Under the pieces are notes generated by a model that did no database searches, was not told the DNA's origin, and saw nothing but the letters and a program-made list of their open reading frames with translations. A stretch of 46,236 bases of DNA, taken from Chiloscyllium plagiosum. Taxonomy: Eukaryota. The stretch spans positions 3,063,425 through 3,109,660 of the forward strand of contig NC_057720.1 in assembly GCF_004010195.1 (NCBI RefSeq). Reading direction: 5' to 3'. The position numbers and the translations under genes were made by a program. Below are positions 31,523 through 43,901 of this stretch, piece by piece (within the stretch, counting starts at the first letter, position 1; the number at the start of each line of letters is the position of its first letter).

Positions 31523-32101
31523 CACCATGTGGAGAAGTCAATGGGAATTGGAGGTTAGCTTGCTATTCTCACTCACCAGCTGCTTAAAAGCTGCTGACTT
31601 TACCAAGTGGATGAGAAACTGAACATGAGTGCACCACCCACCCTGTGCGTGTAGTGCAGAGCAAAGGGGACTTGGAACAAACAAGGTCCGTGAGTCTCGC
31701 CCATGTCCACAGAACCGCCTGTCCGTCCCTCTAACTAGAGAGTCCCCTATAACTAGCGCTCTCCTCCTCTCCCCCTTTCCCTTCTGAGTCTCAGAGCCAC
31801 AGACCCCTTCACTGCAGCTTACACCTGCAACGCTGGGTGAGTATTTATACTCACAGTTCTCCTTCCCGGCTGCCCCTCTGTTTGCCGTCACTTCCTCTGC
31901 TGCTCCCGCTCTTTTTGTGAAGAGAGAATAAAAAACACCATGTGGAGAAGTCAATGGGAATTGGAGATTAGCTTGCTATTCTCACTCACCAGCTGCTTAA
32001 AAGCTGCTGTCTTTACCAAGTGGATGAGAAACTGAACATGAGTGCACCACCCACCCTGTGCGTGTAGCGCAGAGCAAAGGGGACTTGGAACAAACAAGGT
32101 C
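31523..32101 (+). repeat. 166-bp direct repeats (31523-31688, 31936-32101) flanking a 247-bp insert
   Basis: 3 mismatches in 166 nt, offset 413. Confidence 0.95.
31689..31935 (-). mobile_element. CR1 5'UTR-like plus ORF1 (SGNH esterase) fragment
   Basis: QKGKGERRRALVIGDSLVRGTDRRFCGHGRDSR, homologous to 39900-39970 in this window. Confidence 0.8.
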
Positions 32102-32834
32102 AGAGATCAGGACTGAGAAGAAGCAAAAGGACATCTTGTTGAATTCTGCAGCTGGTGCCATTGAACTGTGTTCCCCGAACATTTTTGTCTCTACCCATAA
32201 AGTCTTTTTTTGTTGATGTCTGTGTTTGTTGGCACGTGTGTGTGAAGGATTTAAGTAGGGGTGCAGTTTAAGTTAGTCTGAGGTTAGAACTGATTTAATT
32301 TGCAATAAAGAGTAGTTTGTCATTAAGTTCAGAAATCTGGTCAGTGATTTCTGTCAACCTAAGTTCACCACACAGGAAAATTGGGGGCTTTGATCATTTC
32401 AGAGTCATAGAGATGTACAGCATGGAAACAGACCTTTCAGTCCAACTCGTCCATACCGACCAGATATCCTAAATTAATCTAGTCCCATTTGCCAGCTTTT
32501 GGCCCATATCTCTCTAAACCCTCCTATTCAGGTACCCATCCAGATGTCTTTTAAATTAAATCTTTAATTTTTGTGATGTTCCTGGGGCAGAATCAAGCAT
32601 CAGCACACTCTCCCGAGTGGGTCATGATGAGCAAATAGGGTCCATTGCCACAATTGTTTGAGAACAAAGACAATGAAGATATGGGTATGAAGTTAATAAG
32701 TGGACAAAGGATTCAAAGAACAATAAGGTTTTGTATTGTATAAAAACAAAATGGCATGGGAAACTGCTAAGGTCTTCCTGCAGGTGGCAGAGGTGTTCCT
32801 GAGCCACTCACACAAGATCACAAAGTCAAGTTAA

Positions 32835-32990
32835 TAAAATGCTGGAGATCCCATCTGGTCAGGCACATCTGGAGTCATCTAGACTCTAAACATTACCTTG
32901 CTGTCTCTCCATGGATGCTGTCTGACCCCCTGTGATCTCCAGCATTTGTTTTCGGTACAGATTCCAGCATCTGCAGTCATCTGCTCCGAC
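32835..32990 (+). mobile_element. Old fold-back Penelope-like pLTR (related family)
   Basis: aaatgctggagatc..ggtcaggca / tgtctgacc..gatctccagcattt; cagattccagcatctgcagtc end. Confidence 0.55.
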
Positions 32991-33502
32991 ATAGTCAGGT
33001 TAACTGAACTGATAAGTAAATTGCAATTGGAATTTCCTTCCAGAGCTAAGAAGGCAAACGCAGTTTAGGGTTTCTTGGAAGTGCAGAAGGAACTGGGGAC
33101 GCTGAGTAGTGAAATATCTGAAGCAGCGGATATTGATTTAAAATTAAAGAAATGTGAGCATAAAGAAATTATGAAAAAAACTGGAGTTGAAATCCCAAAG
33201 GGCAGGAAAAGATATGGAAAGTCCATTGGAATTAAATTGAAGAGAAATGGAATGGGGAAGACTTAAACTAGAGATACAAGGAAGAGAGAAAAAGGGCAGA
33301 TTTTAAGCTTAAAATGGTGCAGGCATTAAAGGGCACCTCAGAAGCCAAAGAGAATTTTGATGTGGAAAGTCTTAGTCATAATCTCAAATGCAGAAAGGAA
33401 ATGTTTATGCTTGTACAGGGCACAATTTGAGGAACACGATGTTGATTTGAGGAAATTGTGACTCAAATGAAGTAAAAAAGAAAAGCTAGGCACAGCCCAC
33501 AC

Positions 33503-34283
33503 AGAGTCATAGAGACGTACAGCCTGGAAACAGACCCTTCGGTCCAACCCGTCCATGCCAACCAGATATCACAGCCCAATCTAGTCCCACCTGCCAGTAC
33601 CCGGCCCATATCCCCCTAAACCCTTCCTATTCACATGCCCATCCAGATACCTTTTAAATGTTGTAATTGTACCAGCCTCCACCACTTCCTCCAGCAGCTC
33701 ATTCCATACACGCACCACCCTCTGCGTGAAAACGTTGCCCCTTAGGTCCCTTTTATAAATTTCCTTTCTCACCTTAAACCTATGCCCTCTGGTTCTGGAC
33801 TCCCCCACTCTGGGGAAAAGACCTTGTCTATTTACCCTTTCCATGCCCCACATAATTTTGTAAACCTCTATAAGGTCACCCCTCAGCCTCTGACGCTCCA
33901 GGGAAAACATCCCCAGCCTGTTCCGTCTCTCTCTATAGCTCAAATCCTCCAACCCTGGCAACATCCTCGTAAATGTTTTCTGAACCCTTTCAAGTTTCAC
34001 AACATCCTTCCGACAGGAAGGAGACCAGAATTATATGCAATATTTCAAAAGTGGCGAAACCAATGTCCTGTACAGCTGCAACATGACCTCCTGACCCCTG
34101 TACTCAATACTCTGACCAATTAAAGGAAGCATACTAAACATCGTCTTCACTATCCTGTCATCTGTGACTCCACTTTCAAGGAGCTGTGAACCTGCGCTCC
34201 AGGATCTCTTTGTTCAGCAACACTCCCCAGAACCTTAACATTAAGTGTATAAGTCCTGCTAAGATTTGCCTTTCCAAAATGCA
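33503..34283 (-). mobile_element. Relatively young CR1 3' end
   Basis: Open frame 33581-34000 KLERVQKTFTRMLPGLEDLSYRERRNRLG.. Confidence 0.9.
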
Positions 34284-34475
34284 GTACCAGAGAAAGTTGA
34301 CATGAAATCTAGACGTTTCCATTGATGATGGCACTGTGAATAAAGGCCAGTCTGGGTGCATATGCTCAAAATAATTGAAATAAACTCTCAACATTCAATA
34401 TAACAGAAAATTCTCGAAATGCCCAGCTGGCCCGACAATATCTTTGGAGACAGAACCAGCATTAGTGTTTTCCGA

Positions 34476-36470
34476 AGACCATAAGAAACAGGAACAGGAG
34501 TAGGCCATTCTGGCCCTTCGAGCCTGCTCCACCATTCAGTAGGATCATTGCTGATCCGACATTCCCCACGTCCACTTTCCTGTCCTTTCCCCGTAACCCT
34601 TGATTCCCCGACTGACCAAGAATCTATCTCTCTCCACCTGAAATATACAAAAGGACTCCGTCCCCACTGCTCTCTGTGACAAAGAGTTAAATGACAACCC
34701 TCTGAGGGAAGAAATTCCTCCTCAGCTCAGTCTTAAATTGGTGCCCCTTTATTCTGAGTCTGTGCCCTCTGGTCCTAGACTCTCTCCCGTGAGGGGAAAC
34801 ATCCTCTCAGCATTGACCCTGTCAAACTCCTTAAGAATCCGAGAGGTTTCAGTGAGATCACCTCATATTCTTCGAAATTCCAGTGAGTAGCGTCCCCACC
34901 TGTTTAGCCTTTGTTCATAAGACAATCCTTCCATACCAGGGATCATTCCCATTAACTTTTTCTGGACTGCGTCTATGAAAGTTTGTCTTTCCTTAAATAA
35001 GGGGACCACCACAGCGCACAGTTCTCCATGTGTGGTCTCACCAGCACTTGGAGTTATTGTCCTAGCATTGGAGGGCACAAAAACAAACCCTCTGGTTCAA
35101 CTCACTCACGCCGACCAGATATCCTAAATTAATTTAGACCTGTCAATAATGATCAATATCTCTTACTAAAAGGTTTCTATCCCTCTCACAACCTGTCTTT
35201 CCATTTATTTTTGTGTTATCTGCAAATTTGTCTACATTACATCCGCTTCCTTCCTCCAAGTCATTAATATTGTAAACGGAGGTGTAGTTTCAGCACTGAT
35301 CCTTGTGGAACCCCTTGAGACACAGGTCACCAACCTGAAAAAGAATTCCTTCTCTCCACTTGCTGGTTCCTGCCCATGACCCAATTCTCTAACCATGCCA
35401 ATATGCTACCTCCAACGCTGTAGACTGTTATTTTATGACACCATCTGGATGTCCAAATACAGCACATTGACTGGTTCCCCTCTATCACTCTGGTTGAGAC
35501 GTCCTCAAAAAACTCTGATAAATTAGTCAGACATAATTTCCTTTTCATAAAGCCATGCTGACTCTGATCGATTAGATCATGATTTTTCAAATGTTATTAC
35601 TTCCTTAATAATTGATTCCAATACTTTTCCAGCAATAGACATTAGGCTAATTGGCTATAGTTTCCCACATTTTGTTCTCTTCCTTTTTGAATAGGGGTGT
35701 CATTTCAGCAGCTTTCCAATCCTTTGGAAATTTATAAGCAATGCACCCACTAACTCTGTAGATATTTCTTTTAGAATCATGGGATGTAAGGCACTGGGGC
35801 CAGGGAATGTGGCTGTCTTTGGCCCCATTAGTTTGTCTAATCTGACTTCTCTTGTGATGCCAATGGTAACTTAATTCCTCATCCGTATGCTCAGTGTGAA
35901 TGGAATGTTTGAAGTATCTTTCACCACAAAGGCTGATGAAAGATATCTGTTTCATGCCTCGGCCATTTTCTTGTTCCCCAAAACTGTCTCCCCAGATTCA
36001 TTTTCTAAGGACCCTAAGTTCACTTTGACCTTTCTCTTCCTTTTCATATATTTAAAGAAGCTCTTACTGACAGGTTTTGTCTTCCTTGCTAGTTTGCACT
36101 CATTGGTTATTTTCTTTGTCTTTCTTACCTTTTTACTCTTCCTTTGCTTAATTCTGAGTTTCACCTTCCTTATGCTTTTCCTTTCTACTCAATGCTATCC
36201 TTAACTTCCTTGGTTAACATGGCTGTATCATTCTTTTCTTCGAATCGTTCCTCCTTACTGGGATATATGTTCGCTGAGAGTCATGAATTACCTCCTTAAA
36301 TATCTGTCATTCCTGCTAATCTTAGTTAACTCTATCCTCATTCCATTAGAAGTCCCTTTATTTATGTTAAACACATTTGTTTCTGACTTAACATTCTCAC
36401 TCTTGAGCTTTCTCAAACTGAATATTAATGTCTGTCATGTTATGATCACTACTTCTTAGAGGATCTTTAA
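34476..36470 (-). mobile_element. Decayed CR1 ORF2 with internal deletions
   Basis: QSQHGFMKRKLCLTNLSEFFEDV, SKSFFKYMKRKR, PKDWKAAEMTPLFKK. Confidence 0.85.
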
Positions 36471-36789
36471 TCTGGTTTCATCACACTGTGAGCACATAGA
36501 GAGGGGTAAACTTTTAACCAGCTGGTAAAGTATTCTCGATTTCCAACATCTGTGGTGTTGGCTTTCCCTTTAACTTTGCAAACTGCTGAACTGCTCTTAA
36601 TACAGTGATTCCTTTCCAAACCAGACCCCGTCCTACACTGGAGCTCTGGGTTGCACCAGAATCAAAGTCCACTCTTCCAACCTGATGGCATTCTGCTACT
36701 TCTGCACTCGGATCAGAATCTGACTCTGCAACTGAGTGTAACTACAACAAGGAGCGAGCTTCACAAATAATTGCCAGTCAGCTTCTTCC

Positions 36790-37720
36790 AGAGAGTTCAC
36801 CACTGCCCCTTACCTGAACAGGGTGCAGATCAGAATATTTCTCTCCAGACCTGAAATCATTCTGAACTTTACTGCCCTGATCCCACCACACTCTGGATCC
36901 TGTCCCTTCATTACCCCCATGTTTCCTGACCTGCGTATGCAGCTGGTTAAGTTGCATCTCAGTTTTAAAGTTCTCGGTCTTGTTTACAAACCCCACCGTG
37001 GTCTCTCCCTTGCTGAGCTCTGTAATCTGCTCTAGCTCCACCTGCTTGTAAGGTTTCCATGTTCTTCCAATTCCAGCCTCTTGGCCATCCCAATTTGAAA
37101 GACTCATGAACAGTTTTCCCTTCAGCTGCCTGCGCCCTGTGCTCTGCAATCCCCTTCCTAAACCTCTCCAACTTTGAACATTAATTAAAACCACCCACTG
37201 TCCTTTTGTTCATCCTGGCGTAATGTCTCCTTACATAGAGTCATACAGCATGGAAACAGACCCTTCAGTCCAACCAGTCCATGCTGAACGTAATCCCAAA
37301 TTAAACTAGTCCCACCTGCCTAGTCCTGGGCCATATCCCTCCAAACCTTTCCGATTCATATCCCCACCTAAGTGTTTTTTAAATGTGGCAATTGTACCCA
37401 TATACACCACTTTCTCAGGAAGTTCATTGCACACGTGAACCACCCTCTGTGTAAACAAATTGCCCTTCATATCTTTTTAAACTCTCTCTCCTCTCATAAT
37501 AATATGCTCCCGAGTCATGAAATCCCTCCTCCGATGGAAAAGACAACCACCATTAACTCTATCTAAACATCTATCAGGTCGCCTCTCGACCTCCTACGCT
37601 CCAGTGAAGAAAGTCCCAGCCTATCTAGGCTTTCCTTAAAGCTCAAACCTTCCATACCTGGCACCATCCTGGTAAATCTCTTCTGACTCGCTCCACCTGA
37701 ATAATATCCTCCCCATATGT
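36790..37720. mobile_element. L2-like 3' fragment (+, 36790-37230) and CR1 3' end (-, 37235-37720)
   Basis: ttcagctgcctgcgccctgtgctctgcaatccccttcctaaacctctc motif, also at ~10875 and ~39605; CR1 tail agagtcatacagcatggaaacag. Confidence 0.65.
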
Positions 37721-38100
37721 CACGTCTTACTCTATGATGCCTCGGTTCAGTGTTAATATTCTAAGACCCTGTGTAAATTGAGACTGATTTCGATTCTCGC
37801 CATGTGCAATGTTAACAGCTCCAAGCTAGAGTGGTAAGAGAAACATCATCTAAGGCCTCAGTGCTTGGGAAATGTTAAAGGAAACTCATGTAGCAATGCT
37901 CAGTGTCAAACTCAGTGAAGTGACAGCTAAATCGCAGTGGGTCTCAGACTGAAGCAAAACATTCAGCAACCAGGCCTCAGCTAGTTTTGTCACTGAATCT
38001 ACAAGGTTTCATGTTCAGTTCTCCACAGAATCATCGACACACAGCACTGAGCCCTTCAGCCCAGTGCATCTGTGCTCATCAAAAACAACCACCTAGCTAT

Positions 38101-38660
38101 TGGATGTAAGCTTGCTCGCTGAGCTGGAAGGTTCGTTTTTAGACGTTTCGTCACCATACTAGGTAACATCATCAGTGAGCCTCTGGTGAAGCACTGGTGG
38201 TATGTCCCACTTTTTATTTATGTGTTTAGATTTCCTTGGGTTGGCGATGCCACTTCCTGTGTTGGTGATGTCATTTCCTGTTGTTTTTCTCAGAGAGAGG
38301 TAGTTAGGATCCAAATCGATGTGTTTGTTGTTCAAAATTAAAAAACACACAACGCCAGGTTATAGTCCAACAGGTTTATTTGGGAGCATTAACTTTCGGA
38401 GCGTTGCTCCTTTATCAGCAACAATTGCTGTAAATTCTGTGATCTTATACTCCACAACCATCTGATGAAGGAGCAGCGCTACGAAAGCTAGTGCTTCCAA
38501 TTAAACCTGTTGGACTATAACCTGGTGTTGTGTGATTTTTAACTTTGCCCACCCCAGTCCGACACTGGTACCTTAAAATCATGATGCGTTTGTTGATAGA
38601 GTTCCGCTTGGAATGCCATGCTTCTAGGAATTCTCGTGCATGGATGCATTGTCCCAGTCA
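38101..38660 (-). mobile_element. Poseidon-type Penelope 3' end with nested family A fold-back (38331-38582)
   Basis: Homologous to 15217-15500 (NKHIDLDP, pLTR); nested TSD gatgYgtttgttg at 38318-38330 / 38583-38595; outer acctarctay at 38091 / 38661. Confidence 0.85.
38139..38178 (-). ncRNA. Minimal hammerhead motif in Poseidon-type Penelope pLTR
   Basis: Minus strand UCA-CUGAUGA-U-GUUACC-uaguau-GGUGAC-GAAA-CG-UC; 6-bp stem II, ACGU palindrome; stem I weakened in this copy. Confidence 0.6.
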
Positions 38661-39231
38661 ACCTAACTACGCTTATCCCACTCCAGAATTTGAGCACGAA
38701 GATCAAATGTTTGTTATTGAGATGGGAGGGAGGGAGGGATAGAAAAGATACCAAAGACCATTTCTGTTTTGGATGCATGTAAATGGCATGGATATTGGAA
38801 GGTCGTGTAAAATTTCACAACTTGCTGATGATACCAACTTTGTGGGTATAACAGATAGTGAGGATGTCATGAATATCATGCAACAGGATGTTAGATACAA
38901 TGAGCAGACACGTAGCAGAAGGAATTTAATACAGAGAGCTGGGATGTAATACATTTTTGGAGAAGGGATGGGAAGAGGCAAATAGACTCAATGGCACAAT
39001 TCTAAAGAGCAACCCGAGGGTTCAGGTGTATCAATCTTTGAAGGTGGCAAAGGCGGGAGAGTAAGGAGGTGAGTTACTGGGTCCAGGATTCCTTGCCTCT
39101 GACCTGCTCTTATAGGCACTGTATTAACATGGCTGGTGCTGTCCAGCAGAGTAACACCTTTATTTTAAAATACTAATCTTTGTTTAAAATCCCTCTGTAT
39201 CTGTGCCCTGACCCCAGTGCACAGCAAATCC

Positions 39232-39364
39232 GAGGCAAAAGTGAGGACTGCAGATACTGGAAACCAGAGTTTGGATCAGAGTAGTGCTGGAAAAGCACAA
39301 CAGGTCAGGCAGCATCTGAGGAGCAGGAAAATCGATGTTTCGGTCAAAAGCCCTTCATCAGGAA
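39232..39364 (-). mobile_element. Penelope family B pLTR
   Basis: gtgaggactgcagat.ctgg..gctggaaaagcac..cccttcatcaggaat; 14-bp imperfect TSD at 39218-39231 / 39365-39378. Confidence 0.8.
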
Positions 39365-40219
39365 TGCACAACAAACCCTATCCCTTTACCCCTTCTGTGC
39401 ATTCTGGTTTATGGTATAGGAAACTGGTTAAGTTGCACTTGATTTGAAAATTCTCAATCATCTTTCCAAACCCCTCCCTGGTTGCTCCCCGGCTGAACTC
39501 TGTAATCTCCTCCAGCTCTGGCATCTTCTGAGATTGTTGCATGCTTCTAATTCCAACCTTTTGAACACTCCCCATCATAATCACTGACATATCGCAAGAA
39601 TGCTGCTGCCTGGACCCTGAGCTATGCAACTCTTTCCCAAAAACTCTCACCTCTCTCTCGCTTTCTTTAGGAAGCTGAGTGACCTGGATCACCTATTTGA
39701 AATTTCCCAATGTGGGGGATAGTAGGGCAGTTGATGGACAGAGGCTAGATAGAAAGAGAAAGGGAATGAAGGAGGGAGGGGGAAGGATTGGAGTGAGAGG
39801 AAGGAAGTGCAGAGCGAGCTGGAGGTGGAGGGACTGGGGTTAGTGAGGGTATGGTTTGGGATGGTTGGTTCAAAAGGGAAGGGGGCATAAGAGGAGTGCG
39901 ATAGTGATAGGGGATTCATTGGTTAGGGGAACAGACAGGAGATTCTGTGAACAAGAATGAGACACGCGGATGGTATGTTGCCTCCCGGATGCCAGGGTCA
40001 GAGATGTCTCGGAGCAAGTCTACAGGATTCTTAAGGGGGAGGGTGAACAGCGAGAGGACATGATACACATCAGTAACAATGGCATAGATAGGGAAAGGCA
40101 TGAGGTCATGAAAAGTGAATTTCGCAAGTTAGGAAGGAAGTTTAAAAAAAAGACTCATGTCTCTGGGTTGCTGCCTGTGCCGCACGCTAGTGAGGGCAGG
40201 ATTAGGAAGGTATGGCAGA

Positions 40220-41153
40220 CTCCGGTGTCATACCTGAGGATGTGGTGTATATGGATTTCAGCAAGGCATTTGATAAGGTTCCCCATGGTAGGCTCATTCA
40301 GAAAGTCAGGAGGAATGGGATACAGGGAAATTTAGCTGTCTGGATACAGAATTGGCTGGTCGACAGAAGACAGCGAGTGGTAGTGGAAGGAAAGTATTCT
40401 GCCTGGGAGTCAGCGTTGAGTGGTGTTCCACAGGGCTCTGTTCTTGGGCCTCTACTCTTTGTAATTTTTATTAATGACTTAGATGAGGAGATTGAAGGAT
40501 GGGTCGGCAAGTTTGCAGACGACACAAAGGTTGGAGGTGTCGACAGTATAGAGGACTGGTGTAGGCTGCAGGTGTCGACAGTATAGAGGACTGGTGTAGG
40601 CTGCAGCAGGACATTGACAGGATGCAGAGATGGGCTGAGAGGTGGCAGATGAAGTTCAACCTGGATAAATGTGAGGTAATGCATTTTGGAAGGTCGAATT
40701 TGAAAGCTGAGTCTGCCTGGAATGGAGGACTTATTTTACGAAGAGAGGTTGACTGAGCTCGGACTATTTTCATTGGACAAAAGAAGGAAGAGAGGGGACC
40801 TAATTGAGGTGTACAAGATAATGACAGGCATAGATAGAGTTGATAGCCAGAGACTTTTTCACAGGGCAGAAATTGTTAACATGAAGAGACATAGTTTTAA
40901 GCTGTTTGGCGGAAAGTATAGAGGGATGTCAGAGGCGGGTTCTTTACGCAGAGAGTTGTGGGAGTATGGAATGCATTGCCAGCAGCAGTTGTGGAAGTGA
41001 GGTCATTAGGGATATTTAAGAGACTGCTGGACATGCATATGGTCACAGAAGTTTGAGTGTTCGTACATTAGGTTTACCTTACATGAGGATCAATGGTCGG
41101 CACAACATCGTGGGCTGAAGGGCCTGTTCTGTGCTGTACTGTTCTATGTTCTA
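40220..41153 (+). mobile_element. Second CR1 (RT plus 3' end, internally deleted) nested in ORF1 of the host CR1
   Basis: DVVYMDFSKAFDKVPHGRL..GVPQGSVLGPLLF..KFADDTKVGG; ttctatgttcta tail; perfect 35-bp tandem duplication 40535-40604. Confidence 0.9.
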
Positions 41154-41896
41154 AATGTGTGGCTGAAGAGTTGGTGCAGGGGGCAGGGTTTCAGATTTGT
41201 GGATCACTTGGTTCTCTTCTGGGGAAGGTATGACCTGTACAAAAGGGACGGGTTACACCTGAACTCGAGGGGGACCAATATTCTTGTGGACAGGTTTGCC
41301 AGAGGTGTTGGGGAAGATTTAAACTAGGTTGGGGAGAGGGGGGTTGGTGGGAACCAGAGCGTCAGGTCAGAAGATGCAGCAGTTGGTGTAAAGGTCAATG
41401 CAGCGAGCAGAGAGACTGTGAGGAAGGGGAGACTAAAATGGCAAGAGGATGGGAGTCTGGGCAGAAGGAAGTGATGTAGAGACCAGAGCAAACATTAGAA
41501 AAGAAAAATTGGGCGACAGAATCATATGCAAAAGACAATGAGATTGTTAGATTCTAAAGGGACAGAGAGTATGAGGGCACTTTATCTGATTGCCTGTCAT
41601 ATTCAAAACAAACTTGTTGTTCAAATCACTATAAAGGGATATGATTTAGTAGGCATTACAGAAATGTAGTTGCAGGGTGGTGATGACTGGGAATTAAATA
41701 TCCAAAGGTATCAGGTAATTAGGAAGGATAGGCATGGAAGGTGAGGGAGGTGGTGTCGCACTCTTAATTAAGGATGAGATTAGGAGAGATGATATAGCAT
41801 CTAAGGAGCAAAATGTTGAATCCATTTGGGTGAAGATCAGGAATAGTAAGGGAAAGAAGTCCCTGGTGGGAGTAGTCTATAGGCCACCCAATAATA

Positions 41897-42090
41897 ATGG
41901 GTGCGGTGCTGGAAAAGCACAGCAGGTCAGGCAGCACCCAAGGAGCAGGAGAATCGATGTTTCCTGATGAAGGGCTTATGCCCGAAATGTTGATTCTCCT
42001 GCTCCTCAGCTGCTGCCTGACCGGCTGTGCTTTTCCAGCACCACACTCTTCGACTCTGATCTCCAGCATCTGCAGTCCTCACTCTCTTCC
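41897..42090 (+). mobile_element. Fold-back Penelope family B element
   Basis: gtgctggaaaagcacagc.ggtcaggcagca / tgctgcctgacc.gctgtgcttttccagcac; 10-bp TSD cccaataata at 41887-41896 / 42091-42100. Confidence 0.9.
41961..41995 (+). ncRNA. Minimal hammerhead motif (family B), CpG-decayed
   Basis: UUC-CUGAUGA-A-GGGC-uuau-GCCC-GAAA-UG-UU-GAUU; sister copies read GAAACAUCGA and GAAAUGUCGA, implying ancestral GAAACGUCGA. Confidence 0.55.
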
Positions 42091-42939
42091 CCCAATAATA
42101 GTGCAACAGTGGCATTGGCAATCAGTCAAGAAATATCTGATGCATGTATGAATAGAACGGCTGTAGCCATGGGGGACTTTAACATGAACATTGATTGGCT
42201 GAATCAAGTGGGTAGAGGCAGTATTGAAGAGGAGTTCATAGGAGTCATCCATGATAACTTTCTTGAACAGCGTGTTACTGAACCTACAAGGCAGCGTGTA
42301 ATCTTAGGTCTGGTCCTGTGCAATGTGACAGGTAAATTAATGATTCATAGTTAAGGATCCTCTCAGAAAGAGCGATCACAGTATGATCGAATTTTGGATA
42401 CAAAATGAGGATGAAATAATATCATTTAAAACCAGGGTGTTAGGCTTAAACAAGGGAGACAATAATGGGATGAGAAAGGAGTTGGCTAAATTAGACTAGG
42501 AACATAAGTTATATGGTGGGACGGTTGAGGAACAGTGGAGGACTGTCAAAGAGATTTTTCACAATGCTCAAGGAAAGTATATTCTGGTCAAAAACAAGGA
42601 GAGCCAGCCTTGGATAACCAAGGAAATACAGGAAGGCATTCAATTAAAAGCTTAGGCTTACAAAATAGCCAAGAGTAGTGGGAAACAGGGAGATTGGGAA
42701 AACTTGAAAAAGCAGCAAAAAAACCACGAAGCAAGCCATAAAGAAAGGAAAGATAGATCATGAATGAAACTAGCACAGAATATAAAAACAGGTAAGAAAA
42801 AGTTTTATAAATATATAAAACAGGAAAGGGTGGCTAACATGATGAAGGTCTCTTGCAGGATGAGAAAGAGGAATTACTATTGGGTAATGCAGAAACAGCT
42901 GAGGCCTTGAATAACTATTTTGTGTCCGTCTTCACAGTG

Positions 42940-43517
42940 GTAAAGGTTGAAGAGTGTGGTGCTGGAAAAGCACAGCAGGTCAGGCAGCATCCGAGGAGTA
43001 GGAAGTCGACAGTTCAAGCATAAGCCCTTCATCAGGAATGAGGCTTGTGGGCCGAGGGGGCTGAGAGATAAATAGGAGGGGGGTGGGGCTGTGGGCAAGG
43101 TAGCTGTGAGTGCGATAGGTGGATGAAGGTGGGGGTTGATGGTAAGAGGTCAGAGAGGATGGAGAGCAGATAGGTGGGGAGTCCAACTCCACTAAAGACA
43201 TGTAGGACTTGGGCCTCCTCCATCACCATTCCCTTCCCACCCGACACCAGGAGGAAGAACACCTCAACTTCCGCTTTGGGACCCTCCAACCACACGGGAT
43301 CAATGTCGATTTCACCAGTTTACTCATCTCTCCCCCACCCCCCACATTATCCCAGATCCAATCCTCCAGCTAGCCCCCCAGCCCACAAGCCTCATTCCTC
43401 ATGAAGGGCTTCTGGTCGAAATGTCGAATCTCCTGCTCCTCGGATGCTGCCTGACCTGCTGTGCTTTTCCAGCACCGCACTCCCGACTCTGATCTCTAGC
43501 ATCTGCAGTCCTCACTT
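42940..43517 (+). mobile_element. Penelope family B element with inverted 5' pLTR and remnant of the GIY-YIG C-terminus
   Basis: 43190-43320 reads ..LGLLHHHSLPTRHQEEEHLNFRFGTLQPHGINVDFTS; TSD tcttcaCMgtg at 42929-42939 / 43518-43528. Confidence 0.85.
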
Positions 43518-43901
43518 TCTTCACCGTGCAAGATGTGTTTAATGTGCCAAAGAATGATGTTAAGGATATGATGGGAGTTGAGGATCTCAATTCAATTATT
43601 ATCACTAAAGGGGTAGTGTTGAGCAAATTTGAGGGTCTCAAGGTTGGTAAGTCCCTGGTCCTGATGAATGCATCCCAGGCTGCTGAAAGAAATGGTGGAA
43701 GTCATAGTAGATGCGTTAGTGGTAATTTACCAAAATTCACTGGACTCTGGGCAGGTCCTGGCAGACTGGAAGACAAAGAGTGTCACACTGCTTTTAAAAA
43801 AAGGGTGTAGGCAAAAGGCAGGTAACTGTAGGCCAGTTAGTTTAACATCTGTCATCAGGAAAATGCTGGAGGCTATCATTAAAGAAAAATAGTGAGACAC
43901 T

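Larger units (their letters stand above)
31300..32630 (+). mobile_element. Possible long solo LTR-like element with internal duplication and nested CR1 pieces
   Basis: AATAAA at ~32304, LTR-like composition, CR1 tail inserted at 32400-32555; termini not clearly identified. Confidence 0.35.

Noticed and set aside
40535..40604. Perfect 35-bp tandem duplication
   Set aside because: Real but inside a dead nested CR1; simple slippage or an assembly overlap
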